From a virus (Duplodnaviria; Caudoviricetes): 64,000 nt of DNA. The position numbers were made by a program, and so were the translations under genes. Of this stretch, positions 19,158-29,229 are shown one piece after another. Position 1 is the first letter of the stretch, and each line of letters opens with the position of its first letter. The notes beneath the pieces were generated by a model. It worked only from the letters and a program-made list of their open reading frames with translations, was not told the origin of the DNA and searched no databases. The stretch is taken from the IMG/VR virus record IMGVR_UViG_3300031555_001469; one strand, written 5' to 3'.

Positions 19158-20339
19158 TTATTTATTTGCTTGATGAATAATTAAAACGAAGTACTGTAAA
19201 ATACATTTATTATAAGAAATCTGAGTAGATAATCTACTCTTTCTTCTTTTGTAATTTACAGAATTGGTTTCTAACCATTGAGATATAATCTCTTTCTGTC
19301 TAAGTACTAAAGGATCTTTAGTATTAGGTTTAGCAGCAATAGAGAATGTAATAAATTCAATATTTCTTACATCTTTCTCTTTACCATCTTTAAAGTAAGA
19401 CGTAACAATACATCTAATCAATTCTTTTATTTCATCCACATTATCTGGATTAGATACAATAGATTCAATAATAGATTTAACTTCATCAGTCTTAACGTTA
19501 CTATCAGAAGATCTCTTACAAGCTACATAATCTACAGTATTATTATTGATGTAATTAGTAGCATTTTCTATGATCCTTTCCATTTTGAGAGAATCATTAT
19601 CTGCCAATCTATAACTATCTTCTGCAAGATTATCAGAGTCATAAGTAAGATATATATCTCCTTTTTCATTAGCCTCGTAATATAAAGTAGCTACATTCTT
19701 CATGAAAGACTTAATTCTATTATGAAGCTGCTGAATAAGATATACTACATCTTCATCGTCATAATCTTTTAATCTGTCATCATAAGTATTTAACCAAGTA
19801 TCAGATACAGATTTAACAGCTCCGAATACAGAACCTTTAGTTACTAAGTCGTACTTATTAGACATCATATTATTTACTACATATTCCATTACATGTCTAG
19901 CAGGTAAATAAGGGAAACTACCAGAATGAATAGAAGGATAAAACTTTCCAGAGAAAGCTAAATAAGTAATCGAAATATCCAAATTCTTAGTATCTTTCTT
20001 TAAAAAGAAATATCTTACAATAGATAACTGTAATACAGTGAAAGCATCTTTAGCAGCAGCAGGATTAAAAGAAGCAATATCTGCATAATAAGTCTGAGAA
20101 AGAATATTCTCTACTTCTCTCTGATCAATACCAACTGCTTCAAATAATTCAGCTTTATCTCTATCTCCAAAGACAATTCTATCACAAGGACAATTATCAA
20201 ATAAAGCTTCAGATCTATACTCCATAAAAGCAGATAATACTTTCTTATATTTAGTAAGAGTACTACTATTCTTAAAACTATTTTCCACCAATGGATAAAG
20301 TTTAGTTAATATAGCTTTTGTTGTAGCCAATATAATCAA
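19158..20339 (-). CDS. hypothetical protein under a late-type promoter
   Basis: 393-aa ORF; GACA-N6-TAA at 20354-20366. Confidence 0.7.
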   Translation of the reverse strand: MIILATTKAILTKLYPLVENSFKNSSTLTKYKKVLSAFMEYRSEALFDNCPCDRIVFGDRDKAELFEAVGIDQREVENILSQTYYADIASFNPAAAKDAFTVLQLSIVRYFFLKKDTKNLDISITYLAFSGKFYPSIHSGSFPYLPARHVMEYVVNNMMSNKYDLVTKGSVFGAVKSVSDTWLNTYDDRLKDYDDEDVVYLIQQLHNRIKSFMKNVATLYYEANEKGDIYLTYDSDNLAEDSYRLADNDSLKMERIIENATNYINNNTVDYVACKRSSDSNVKTDEVKSIIESIVSNPDNVDEIKELIRCIVTSYFKDGKEKDVRNIEFITFSIAAKPNTKDPLVLRQKEIISQWLETNSVNYKRRKSRLSTQISYNKCILQYFVLIIHQANK

Positions 20340-20421
20340 CTCCTTTCATACAATTATTTAGATGTCCAAAGTATAAATTAGACAAAAAAGAAAGGGTATG
20401 TGTAGCACATACCCTATTATT

Positions 20422-21141
20422 TTAAAGATCAGAATTTCCGGTGAAAAATCGTATAATATTATTAACACCTTCAATTTCTTCCCAAGTAGGTTTATTAGCA
20501 GCTTTTAATAATTCTTCTAATTTAAGCCTCATACGACTAGCAGGGATTCTACAATCTGCATATTTAGTTACGTCTATCCCAGCCTTTAAACCTAAAGCGA
20601 TCCAGCCCATTTGTGCTGAATTGAATTTTGATTTTGCATAAATATCTACATTTAATTCATGATGAATTCCATATGCAATAACTACATATTGTTCATCATT
20701 AAATCCTAATGGGATATACTTCTTAATATGTATACGATAGCGTAAATGCTTTCTAATTCTCCTCATATCTTTCCAGTTAATATCTGGAGCACAATATTCT
20801 GTTACATCAACGCCTTGTGACATTCCTAATCTAATCTGATACATTTGATAGGAATTTAATTCAGGGTAAGCATACATACTTACGTCTAGTTTTGCTTCTA
20901 ACCCTTCCCTAATTTGACACATTTGAGCCGCATTATACTCGATATTACTATACCAAGAAACATCTACCTTTGAAATCAAACCAGCTTTAATCTGTCGCAT
21001 CTGAGGAGCTGTATAATTTTTATTATAATATAAACTTATATCTAACTCTCTAGCTGCTCCCTCTGCCAATTCAATCTGTTGATCTAGTGTTAATTCTAGA
21101 TCATCATAAATTTGACCAATAATAGATTTTTTGTCATTCAT
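20422..21141 (-). CDS. tandem ~24-aa repeat protein
   Basis: repeats of Y(N)xxQMxQIxxGLxxxxDVSxY. Confidence 0.75.
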   Translation of the reverse strand: MNDKKSIIGQIYDDLELTLDQQIELAEGAARELDISLYYNKNYTAPQMRQIKAGLISKVDVSWYSNIEYNAAQMCQIREGLEAKLDVSMYAYPELNSYQMYQIRLGMSQGVDVTEYCAPDINWKDMRRIRKHLRYRIHIKKYIPLGFNDEQYVVIAYGIHHELNVDIYAKSKFNSAQMGWIALGLKAGIDVTKYADCRIPASRMRLKLEELLKAANKPTWEEIEGVNNIIRFFTGNSDL

Positions 21142-21217
21142 AATATATGACCTCCTTTATTTTATTCAAGGAAATAATATATAATTATTTGACAAATTAT
21201 ACAAAAAAGAAAGAGGG

Positions 21218-22144
21218 CTATGCCTCTTTCTCTTCCTGTGGAAGGATATATGTTTTTCCCTTGAAAGGTTTTCCCTGTCCTTTCATATAACCCTCAATCC
21301 AAACCTTTCTCCGAACACTACCATCCTGATTACGATAGTATCTCCAGTGACCGCATACGTTAAAACTACAAGTAATATTTCTAGTTGTTGTTTTAATGTA
21401 TTTAGAAAATGATTTTTTATCATTTATATATACTTTAATATCATCTCCTAAATTGACAACAGTACGTTTTTCCTCCTTATTCGTATTATTAGAATTTGGT
21501 TTTCTTTCTCCGCCGTTATCCGAACCTGTTTCAATATACGTCACTGATCTATTTAATAAAGCTTCATTAGCTAATATATTATTAAGTAAAAACCAAGATG
21601 TAAGAGCTATTGTGTATTTTATATCAAGTATCATTTTACTATTTGTACTATAATTAAAATACGTATTACTATCTTCTCCTAATAAATTCCTGTAATATAA
21701 TTTAATATAATCTGAATTGAATAATCTATCTATTATGATATTAATTGCATTAGGTTTACCGTTACTAATCGGCTCGATTATATCAAACCAATTATATAGA
21801 TTATTTCTATTCAGTTCGATATATCCATCGAATAATATTTTTGTTTTTTGGACACAAGTGAAAAAATGTAATTTATAATGTTCATCATGCTTAACAAAAT
21901 GGATATATGAAAACCCGGAAGGGTTATTAGTTAGTACCTTTACAACACCACGAGGAACTATACTTTCAAACATTTCGTTCCTCATATTATCTGATTTTAT
22001 TCTGCTATATTCTTCAAACGGGTTTATGGTATGAAGATCTATAACGAATAGATCTTCATACTTTAATTTAGCTGATTTTACCAAAGGCTCAAACTCAACT
22101 ATCTGTTTTTCTTTGCCTACTATTTTTGCTACATTGTATTTCAT
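21218..22144 (-). CDS. phage hypothetical protein with C-terminal VxGHWR...VWIxxYxKG motif
   Basis: motif seen in translation. Confidence 0.65.
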   Translation of the reverse strand: MKYNVAKIVGKEKQIVEFEPLVKSAKLKYEDLFVIDLHTINPFEEYSRIKSDNMRNEMFESIVPRGVVKVLTNNPSGFSYIHFVKHDEHYKLHFFTCVQKTKILFDGYIELNRNNLYNWFDIIEPISNGKPNAINIIIDRLFNSDYIKLYYRNLLGEDSNTYFNYSTNSKMILDIKYTIALTSWFLLNNILANEALLNRSVTYIETGSDNGGERKPNSNNTNKEEKRTVVNLGDDIKVYINDKKSFSKYIKTTTRNITCSFNVCGHWRYYRNQDGSVRRKVWIEGYMKGQGKPFKGKTYILPQEEKEA

Positions 22145-22167
22145 TTTAATTGCCCCCTTTTATCTTA

Positions 22168-22548
22168 TTAAACTTCAAAAGTGAAATGTGTATTATCTTT
22201 AAGAAGGACTTCCTTTACCTTACCAAACAACAAGGAATCATTAAAACTTTTCCAATCTTCTTCAGAATGAAGATCTTTGTACACCAATGTACCGGTAATA
22301 CTATTTTGGGATAAGTGAAGTGTACCATCTTCATCAACATATGCCCAATTGATACAGAAGATAGATGCTTCCATTAAGAAGCCTACATCTCCGTTCTTTA
22401 AAACACAAAGACCTGCAAACTTTTCTGCCGGATAGAACTTCTTATCATGGTTATCAATGTAACCGCCTTTTGTTGCTACCGCATCGATACCTACCTGTAA
22501 AGTTTCGGATGTTAAATATTCCATATTATAAGTGCCTCCTTGACGCAC
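22168..22548 (-). CDS. hypothetical early protein (start probably MEYL)
   Basis: RBS; TATATTAT motif at 22632-22639. Confidence 0.6.
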   Translation of the reverse strand: MRQGGTYNMEYLTSETLQVGIDAVATKGGYIDNHDKKFYPAEKFAGLCVLKNGDVGFLMEASIFCINWAYVDEDGTLHLSQNSITGTLVYKDLHSEEDWKSFNDSLLFGKVKEVLLKDNTHFTFEV

Positions 22549-22700
22549 ATGTCTTTATCAAACCCCGTAGTATTATAGCTCTTTGAGCTGGATTGATAAA
22601 GGATAAGTAATTGTTTCTTCTTATCACTACTATAATATACATTCAAATTTTAAAAGATTTACACATATTAATAATTATATTTTACTGAGGAGGGTATATA

Positions 22701-22967
22701 ATGTTTACGCAAATAATTACTGATGAGGAAGTCGTAGAGATTGCTAAAATTTATGCTGAAGATGAGACTGCTACTTTTAGATCATTAGCTGAAATTTTCG
22801 GATATAGTAAATCTACTATACATAGGATATTTAAAGAAATCCTTAAAGGCCTCGATGAAGAATTATATAAAGCTGTCAAGAAAAAGATTAGCCTTAATAT
22901 AAAAATGCGTTCAATTAGAGGCGCCAAAGCCACACAAGCTAAATATGCTCGATTAAAAAGTAAATAA
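22701..22967 (+). CDS. spoIIID: SpoIIID-like sporulation transcription factor
   Basis: ATFRSLAEIFGYSKSTIHR HTH and RSIRGAKATQAKY match SpoIIID (TVRxIAKxFGVSKSTVHK...RHxRGGEATxxKY). Confidence 0.8.
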   Translation: MFTQIITDEEVVEIAKIYAEDETATFRSLAEIFGYSKSTIHRIFKEILKGLDEELYKAVKKKISLNIKMRSIRGAKATQAKYARLKSK

Positions 22968-23049
22968 TTTTTAGAGGAAGTCTTAACGGACTTCCTCTGA
23001 TATTTTCGTCACATTAAAATAATACAAAATTAAAGAAAGGAGAATATAA

Positions 23050-23577
23050 ATGCCTAGTATTGATTTTGAAGCTTTAGATGAGGATTCTAAAGTAATTGAC
23101 AAAGTTAAAGATAGAGTATCTGGTAATGTAAAAGATATTAAAGTTGCAGCATCTACAGCTGCAATAGCAGCTAAGAATAACTTTAAAAACAACACTACTA
23201 AGAAACTTAAGATAAGTCAAATTACCAAATATTCAGATGCTTCATATTTTGGTAATGCTGAAAGATCTATGAAATCACATTCGACTGAAAAGAAGATGGA
23301 TAAGTGTAAAGAAGAGATCGAGACTTTAAATGAACTTATTAAGTATGTGAAGCAGGAATTAATTACTGCGCCAAAAAATATATCTGCAGAAAGAAAGTTT
23401 GCTAGTGATGCAGTAAGTGCTGCTACTGGTGGAATGGCTGGGGATAGTATTGATTACAATAAAGATAAATGGAATCAGATTCTTGATGGATTACAAGATA
23501 ATAAAAAGAGATTTGGAAAACTCAAAAAAGAATTATCTAAATCCGTTAAAGAATCTGCAAATTTATTAGAATGGTAG
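23050..23577 (+). CDS. basic coiled-coil protein, probable virion internal protein
   Basis: late-type promoter 23010-23022; MPSID start and ESANLLEW end shared with the next gene. Confidence 0.6.
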   Translation: MPSIDFEALDEDSKVIDKVKDRVSGNVKDIKVAASTAAIAAKNNFKNNTTKKLKISQITKYSDASYFGNAERSMKSHSTEKKMDKCKEEIETLNELIKYVKQELITAPKNISAERKFASDAVSAATGGMAGDSIDYNKDKWNQILDGLQDNKKRFGKLKKELSKSVKESANLLEW

Positions 23578-23590
23578 GAGGACAAAAGAT

Positions 23591-24853
23591 ATGCCTAGTA
23601 TAGACTGGTATGGGTCTCCAATTAATGAGGCCTATATAGGAAAAACTAAAGATCTTCTCGCTATGGAAAAAGCTATCCATGAGATGAGAAAAGATCATAT
23701 GGGAGATATCTACTTTGTTAATGTAGATGCTTCTGATTTTAATCGTTTAGCTGAAAAGGTTTTTGGATTTAGAACCTTTGCACTTAATATTTTTCCAAGT
23801 AATATTTATAATGCTTATACAATACCTGTAGATATTAAACTGGATATGAATTCTCTTAACACAAAAAAGAATAGCTTATGTGATAAGAATGGGTTTAAAT
23901 ATAAGAAAGAAGCAGGATATTGTTGTATAACAAATATATCTACTGGATTAATCTTCTCTGAAGAATTTACTGACGGGGAAGTCCTTGCTGTTATTCTTCA
24001 TGAGATTGGACATAACTTTGCTTCTGTCGTAGATAAAGGAATAGGAGTAAATCAATTTATATTTAAATATATCTATGTGATTCTTCAGCTTGTAAATATT
24101 GCGCAAGGACAGTTAAGACTTGATATTCCATTAAATGCTTTGGATAACTTTAAAGTTAAAGTTGAAGAAATTATTAGAAATAAGATGCCTGGGCTCGCAT
24201 ATATTGTAGGGTTCTTCAGAGGTATAAAAGGTATAGCTTCTGACATATTCACCAATATAATGGCTCTTTTGGGCAAAGTATTTGGATATAATGTATATGC
24301 ATCTGTAGTTAAAAAACTCACTCAGTTTATTTTCAAACCTACAGGATATACAAATGAAAAGATTGCAGATAACTTTGCTACTGTATATGGATATGGTCCA
24401 GAATTATCTACCGCTTTATCTAAGTTTGAAAGAAAGAGTGGTATTGTAACTACTGACTTTGTTAATGAGATTCCTGTAATTGGAGATATTTTAGAATTTA
24501 ATACGTTGCCTGCAGAAATTATCTTATCTGCTTTTGACGAACACCCAATCTGGGTAGAAAGATCTGAAGACCAGATTAGATTACTTGAAGCTGAATTAAA
24601 GAAATCTAGTCTTGATCCTAAGATGAAGAAAGTTATTAATGATAATATTGCTGAGATTAAGAAAGCTCAGGATAAATACATGAGTATGCATGATGACATC
24701 CACAATGCTACTATCTATAAGAGAATGTGGTATTCGTTTATCTTTGACGTAGCAGATGGTGACTTTAAGCATAATGTATTCGGAAAGAATGATTTCAAGA
24801 ATATTGATAGAGCTTTAGGAACACAGGAAAGTGCTAATCTTTTAGATTGGTAA
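23591..24853 (+). CDS. M48-like zinc metallopeptidase
   Basis: LHEIGH, NEKIADNFA...YG, HPxxxER. Confidence 0.8.
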   Translation: MPSIDWYGSPINEAYIGKTKDLLAMEKAIHEMRKDHMGDIYFVNVDASDFNRLAEKVFGFRTFALNIFPSNIYNAYTIPVDIKLDMNSLNTKKNSLCDKNGFKYKKEAGYCCITNISTGLIFSEEFTDGEVLAVILHEIGHNFASVVDKGIGVNQFIFKYIYVILQLVNIAQGQLRLDIPLNALDNFKVKVEEIIRNKMPGLAYIVGFFRGIKGIASDIFTNIMALLGKVFGYNVYASVVKKLTQFIFKPTGYTNEKIADNFATVYGYGPELSTALSKFERKSGIVTTDFVNEIPVIGDILEFNTLPAEIILSAFDEHPIWVERSEDQIRLLEAELKKSSLDPKMKKVINDNIAEIKKAQDKYMSMHDDIHNATIYKRMWYSFIFDVADGDFKHNVFGKNDFKNIDRALGTQESANLLDW

Positions 24854-24860
24854 AAAAATA

Positions 24861-24888
24861 AAGGGTATAGGAGAAATCCTATACCCTT
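24861..24888. terminator. bidirectional terminator, near-identical to the hairpin at 25664-25691
   Basis: AAGGGTATAGGA-GAAA-TCCTATACCCTT between convergent genes. Confidence 0.75.
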
Positions 24889-24893
24889 TTATA

Positions 24894-25205
24894 TTACTGC
24901 TCAGTATTCAAAATGAGTTCCTTTAAAGTATCATGAATAGTTTTCATATTAACCTCTAATAACTCTAAAGCTCTCTGCTTATCCTTACAGTCCTCTAAAC
25001 CGAAAATGAGATTTACTTCATTTGTACCCATACCAAAATTATTTTCAGGATAACTCTCTGAATAGTTAAGTAATATTCCATTATCGACATAATCCTGATT
25101 ACCTCTAAGATTATTATAGAGTCTGTCTGCTAAAGGTCTTACGTTTTTAGCATCCTCTGAATTCTTTGCGTCATTAGTTGTCTGAATTACGATATTGATA
25201 TTCAT
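24894..25205 (-). CDS. hypothetical protein
   Basis: ORF with RBS. Confidence 0.6.
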   Translation of the reverse strand: MNINIVIQTTNDAKNSEDAKNVRPLADRLYNNLRGNQDYVDNGILLNYSESYPENNFGMGTNEVNLIFGLEDCKDKQRALELLEVNMKTIHDTLKELILNTEQ

Positions 25206-25208
25206 AAT

Positions 25209-25610
25209 CTATTCCTCCTCTTCATAAATAGAATCACTCTCATCGATTGTACAATAACCACGCTGCCTGTTAATATACAGACTAAACTGATTACGACCAG
25301 ATGTGTAGAATCTTGCATCACTTGGGAGATATGCTGATAATAATGCTATTACTTCTCCTACAGTAGGATTAGACAAATCAATCCTCTCGATTAAATCTCT
25401 TGGACACTCTTCATTTGAAGTTCTGAATGTCTTAATAGGAAACTTAGCATTCACATCACTAACCAAAGAAACCTGTACATCGTGCACACATGTGATTTCT
25501 GGATGAGACTCTAAGTCTAATAAATACTCAGCGTGGTGCTCAAGTTTCTTTAATGCTTCTGCACTCTCTTTAGAATCTGTTTCAAGATTCACTTTTAATA
25601 TTACTTCCAT
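25209..25610 (-). CDS. hypothetical early protein
   Basis: RBS; TATATTAT at 25641-25648. Confidence 0.6.
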   Translation of the reverse strand: MEVILKVNLETDSKESAEALKKLEHHAEYLLDLESHPEITCVHDVQVSLVSDVNAKFPIKTFRTSNEECPRDLIERIDLSNPTVGEVIALLSAYLPSDARFYTSGRNQFSLYINRQRGYCTIDESDSIYEEEE

Positions 25611-25663
25611 AATATTACCTCCTTTATTTTATTCATGAATATAATATATCGTTATAAAAAATA

Positions 25664-25691
25664 AAGGGTATAGGATTCATCCTATACCCTT
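25664..25691 (-). terminator. terminator after the MCP gene
   Basis: AAGGGTATAGGA-TTCA-TCCTATACCCTT hairpin with a T-tract on the minus strand. Confidence 0.75.
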
Positions 25692-25699
25692 TATGTATA

Positions 25700-27349
25700 T
25701 TACTCTGTCTTGAAGATATTAACTCCTGCAATAAGAGTACCCGCAATATCCTCAACGTTCTGTGCTTTTTCTGCTACTTCTGCAATAGTAGAATTGAGCA
25801 TTTCAATTGTAGCCAGTGTTTCCTGAGTAGCTGCGGAGTTCTCCTCGCTAACTGCAGAGAGGTTGGATACCATATCTACCAACTCTTTAATTTCTTCATC
25901 GATATTTATTACAATAGAATTGATTTCAGAAATCTTACTTACAGTAGTATCAATATCCTGCTCAAGACTTCTAAATACATCCTGAGTTTCTACGAGCTTA
26001 TCTTTCTGAACTGCTACACATTCTGTAGTAGATGTGATGTTCTGAACCATAGCCTCATAGTTATTACTTAACTCTTCGAGAGTTGCCTCAATCTCATTAG
26101 AGGAAGCTGCAGATTGAGCAGCTAACTTTCTAATTTCTTCTGCAACTACTGCGAAGCCTCTACCGAACTCACCAGCTCTTGCCGCTTCAATAGAAGCATT
26201 CAGAGATAAGAGGGCCGTACGGCTAGATATACTCTTGATTGCGTTGATAGCATCCTTAATCTTTTCTACGCTATCAGACGTAACCGATACTTGATTATTG
26301 GTAGATTCAACATCCCCAACAATGGTATCATTGATATCCTGTAAACTTGCTAATGTATCTACTACAGTAGCCTTTACAGAATTCATATTTTCTGCTGCAT
26401 TATTAAGATCTTCTACATTATCTCTGATCACATCTAATTCAGTAGACATGTTGCTAATCTTTAATGTAGCATTACTTGTTTCCTCCGCCTGAGAAACTGC
26501 TCCATCAGAAATGTCCTTAACGGATTTAGTAATTTCTGTAGAAGTTTTGTTATTTGCTTTAGCTGCCTCACCAAGATCTAAAGCAATATCCTTCAATATA
26601 TCAGCTTCAACTTTAACGTCTCCAACAATTCGCTTAAGCTGATTGCTGAAGGTGCCTGTCTCATTACATAACTTCTGAATTTCATCTCCTGGATCAGTAA
26701 ACTTGATTATCTGCTCCTGAGATAAATCATTATTAAGTAATGTGTCCATTGTACCCTGCATAGTTCTAAGATTTCTAGTGATTCTTCTTACAACTAATGC
26801 AGAAGTAATGGACATTATAAACGTGTAGAAAAGCGATGTTAAAAATATCGTTATCATCTTATTAATGATAATATAATCGATATTATTTTTTGGCTCTCCT
26901 GCAAATACTGCACCTACATACTCTCCATTCTCAAATAATGGAAGATAATAAACATAATACAGTTCACCATTTACATTTGCTCTTTTGTGGAAGTATTCTT
27001 CACCAGATGATACTATCTCATAAATGGCTGCATCCATTTCGGTATTGAGAGCACCATCTATTGTCGTAAGTGCCCTAATATTACCTTTATAGATGGTAAT
27101 ATCTATACCATTTGTTTCTTTAAATGCCTCGATCAATGTTTTTATATGTACAAGATCGACTGTTTTCAACTCAGTATTTATAGCATGAGCCGAAATTGAT
27201 AATTTTTCTTCTGTGTCATCCTTCATAGCTTTACCAACTGACATCGCACTCAGGTACACAGTGATGATTGTTAAGATAAATAATGGCACTACTGCCAGCA
27301 TCATGATTTTCTTAAAGATGCTGAATCTTACTTTGGTTTCTTGTTTCAT
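25700..27349 (-). CDS. methyl-accepting chemotaxis protein (TM-Cache-TM-HAMP-signalling domain)
   Basis: [31 protein letters not shown] hairpin tip; two TM helices; Cache-like YYVYYLPL...VGAVFAG. Confidence 0.95.
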   Translation of the reverse strand: MKQETKVRFSIFKKIMMLAVVPLFILTIITVYLSAMSVGKAMKDDTEEKLSISAHAINTELKTVDLVHIKTLIEAFKETNGIDITIYKGNIRALTTIDGALNTEMDAAIYEIVSSGEEYFHKRANVNGELYYVYYLPLFENGEYVGAVFAGEPKNNIDYIIINKMITIFLTSLFYTFIMSITSALVVRRITRNLRTMQGTMDTLLNNDLSQEQIIKFTDPGDEIQKLCNETGTFSNQLKRIVGDVKVEADILKDIALDLGEAAKANNKTSTEITKSVKDISDGAVSQAEETSNATLKISNMSTELDVIRDNVEDLNNAAENMNSVKATVVDTLASLQDINDTIVGDVESTNNQVSVTSDSVEKIKDAINAIKSISSRTALLSLNASIEAARAGEFGRGFAVVAEEIRKLAAQSAASSNEIEATLEELSNNYEAMVQNITSTTECVAVQKDKLVETQDVFRSLEQDIDTTVSKISEINSIVINIDEEIKELVDMVSNLSAVSEENSAATQETLATIEMLNSTIAEVAEKAQNVEDIAGTLIAGVNIFKTE

Positions 27350-27432
27350 TTCGGTTTCCTCCTTTGAAATAAATATTAGTGGATTTAGTTACTAGAATAG
27401 GTTATACCTAATTCTATTATTATAATATACAA

Positions 27433-27792
27433 TTATAACATCGTAAATTTCATTTCGCTGAAAGTCTTACATAAAGACTTAAAGATTCTCTTTAAGAATC
27501 CTTCTCGTCTTCTATTGATTTCATCTGCAATCTTTCCGAGGAAGTAATTTCTCTCTGCATCACTATCGAAGCATCCCTTTAAATCGTCATCGAATTGATT
27601 GGCGAATATTGTTTTACCTCCACAATCAGGGATATCACATCTTAACTCTCCCCAACGTAATCGCACATAACCAACCTGGTTATCATGAGAATCAAGCACG
27701 TTATACTGTTCCGGGGAGATCTCACATGTCTGTACAAATTTTAATCCTTTTACCTTTAATACCATATTATTTTTCCTCCTTATCGATATCAA
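27433..27792 (-). CDS. phage hypothetical protein
   Basis: SPEQY...QVGYVRLRWG pattern. Confidence 0.6.
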   Translation of the reverse strand: MISIRRKNNMVLKVKGLKFVQTCEISPEQYNVLDSHDNQVGYVRLRWGELRCDIPDCGGKTIFANQFDDDLKGCFDSDAERNYFLGKIADEINRRREGFLKRIFKSLCKTFSEMKFTML

Positions 27793-28036
27793 AATCTTTT
27801 ATATACACATACTCAATTAGAGCTCTACCATCTCCTATGAGCATTGTTTGTAATATAACAATTTCTTCGCTACTGCTATAATCATGTAAGCGAGGTTTTA
27901 CTTCGCTGAAACATAATAGATCAGCATCTAGTCTTTTAATCATCATTTTGCTATTTGGGTGGGACTTTCTTAAAGTCCCACTTACAGCATTGATGTCAAA
28001 GTTAAACTGATTGCTCTGCGAATAAGAATTAAACAT
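27767..28036 (-). CDS. hypothetical protein
   Basis: ORF in operon. Confidence 0.55.
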   Translation of the reverse strand: MFNSYSQSNQFNFDINAVSGTLRKSHPNSKMMIKRLDADLLCFSEVKPRLHDYSSSEEIVILQTMLIGDGRALIEYVYIKDFDIDKEEK

Positions 28037-28038
28037 AA

Positions 28039-28341
28039 TTAGCCCTCCTCTAATCTTATATTTTTATCGGTGGTGATATCTTTTATGATATAACCTCCAT
28101 CGTTCCATGTAATACACTTACGATATCCATTTTCTTCACAATGTTTAGCAAGTTCTTCTGGATCATTTCCATATGCAATAATTACCCAACCATCATCATT
28201 TGAAAATGTGCTACCCATTGGATCGTTGTAAAAATACTCAGCCTTATATTTAAAATTGTCTTTTATAAATTTATTTAAGACGTTTATATTGAGTATTGTA
28301 CTTTCGCCGATTTCTAAATCGAGCTCTTCAAAACTAAGCAT
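28039..28341 (-). CDS. hypothetical protein
   Basis: ORF with RBS. Confidence 0.55.
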   Translation of the reverse strand: MLSFEELDLEIGESTILNINVLNKFIKDNFKYKAEYFYNDPMGSTFSNDDGWVIIAYGNDPEELAKHCEENGYRKCITWNDGGYIIKDITTDKNIRLEEG

Positions 28342-28356
28342 TACTATCGTCCTCCT

Positions 28357-28806
28357 CTATATATTTAATTCGACTTCAAATTCAAAATCTTTTTCGTAAA
28401 CAGTAAAACCATTGGAAATTTCAATAGCACCTTTACCTTTACCAAAAACATCATCCTCTGTTTCTTTAATGACTTCATCTCTATCATCAATTGGATAAAC
28501 TCCAATTCTGTAGCTATCACTATTATATACTAACTTAGCAACAGTTTCAATTGAGAATAACTCATTGCACTCTTCTACAGATAACACACTGAGGTCAGTT
28601 TCTTCTCCTGTTTCAAGGTTTAATAAAACCCATGGAGTAAGTTCTCCTTTACAACGACAATCTAATTTATTTTCGTTGTAATTAATTTCACCTGAGATAT
28701 CCAAAGTTAATTCAAATCTTTGGTCATCTTTTTCGTACCGTACCTTCATCCAATCAGGTACATAACCAATACCTTTTTTACTATCTGCCTCTGCATATAA
28801 TATCAT
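28357..28806 (-). CDS. acidic hypothetical protein
   Basis: ORF in operon. Confidence 0.6.
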   Translation of the reverse strand: MILYAEADSKKGIGYVPDWMKVRYEKDDQRFELTLDISGEINYNENKLDCRCKGELTPWVLLNLETGEETDLSVLSVEECNELFSIETVAKLVYNSDSYRIGVYPIDDRDEVIKETEDDVFGKGKGAIEISNGFTVYEKDFEFEVELNI

Positions 28807-28812
28807 AATAAA

Positions 28813-29139
28813 TTACCCCCTTATTCTTCTTTTATTACGGCACTTTTCGCATCTACAAGGTATATTTAACATCCTTGCTTTGAAGTAATGTACATTGCTT
28901 GCAGAAAGTATAAACCACTCTCCACAATCTTTACACTTACGTAAAAGTAAATCAGTATCTTCTTTTACGTCAGCTTCATTTAACTTGCAACTCTCAGTTA
29001 AATTTTTTATAGTTGTTTCTGTTCCTTCATAAGTTATAGCCCATTTAACAGGATGATCTGTATATGCAGTACAAACCTGTGATTTGACATTTTCGGCTAC
29101 AAATTTCTCTCCGTCATAATAGACTTTATATCCTAGCAT
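28813..29139 (-). CDS. protein with a C-terminal zinc ribbon (zf-trcl-like)
   Basis: CKDCGEWF...PCRCEKCR. Confidence 0.7.
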   Translation of the reverse strand: MLGYKVYYDGEKFVAENVKSQVCTAYTDHPVKWAITYEGTETTIKNLTESCKLNEADVKEDTDLLLRKCKDCGEWFILSASNVHYFKARMLNIPCRCEKCRNKRRIRG

Positions 29140-29229
29140 AGTAGAATACCTCCTTTATTTTATTCATATTTATAATATATCATTAATTAAAAATTAAGGG
29201 AATAGACCATTAAGTCTATTCCCTGTGTT

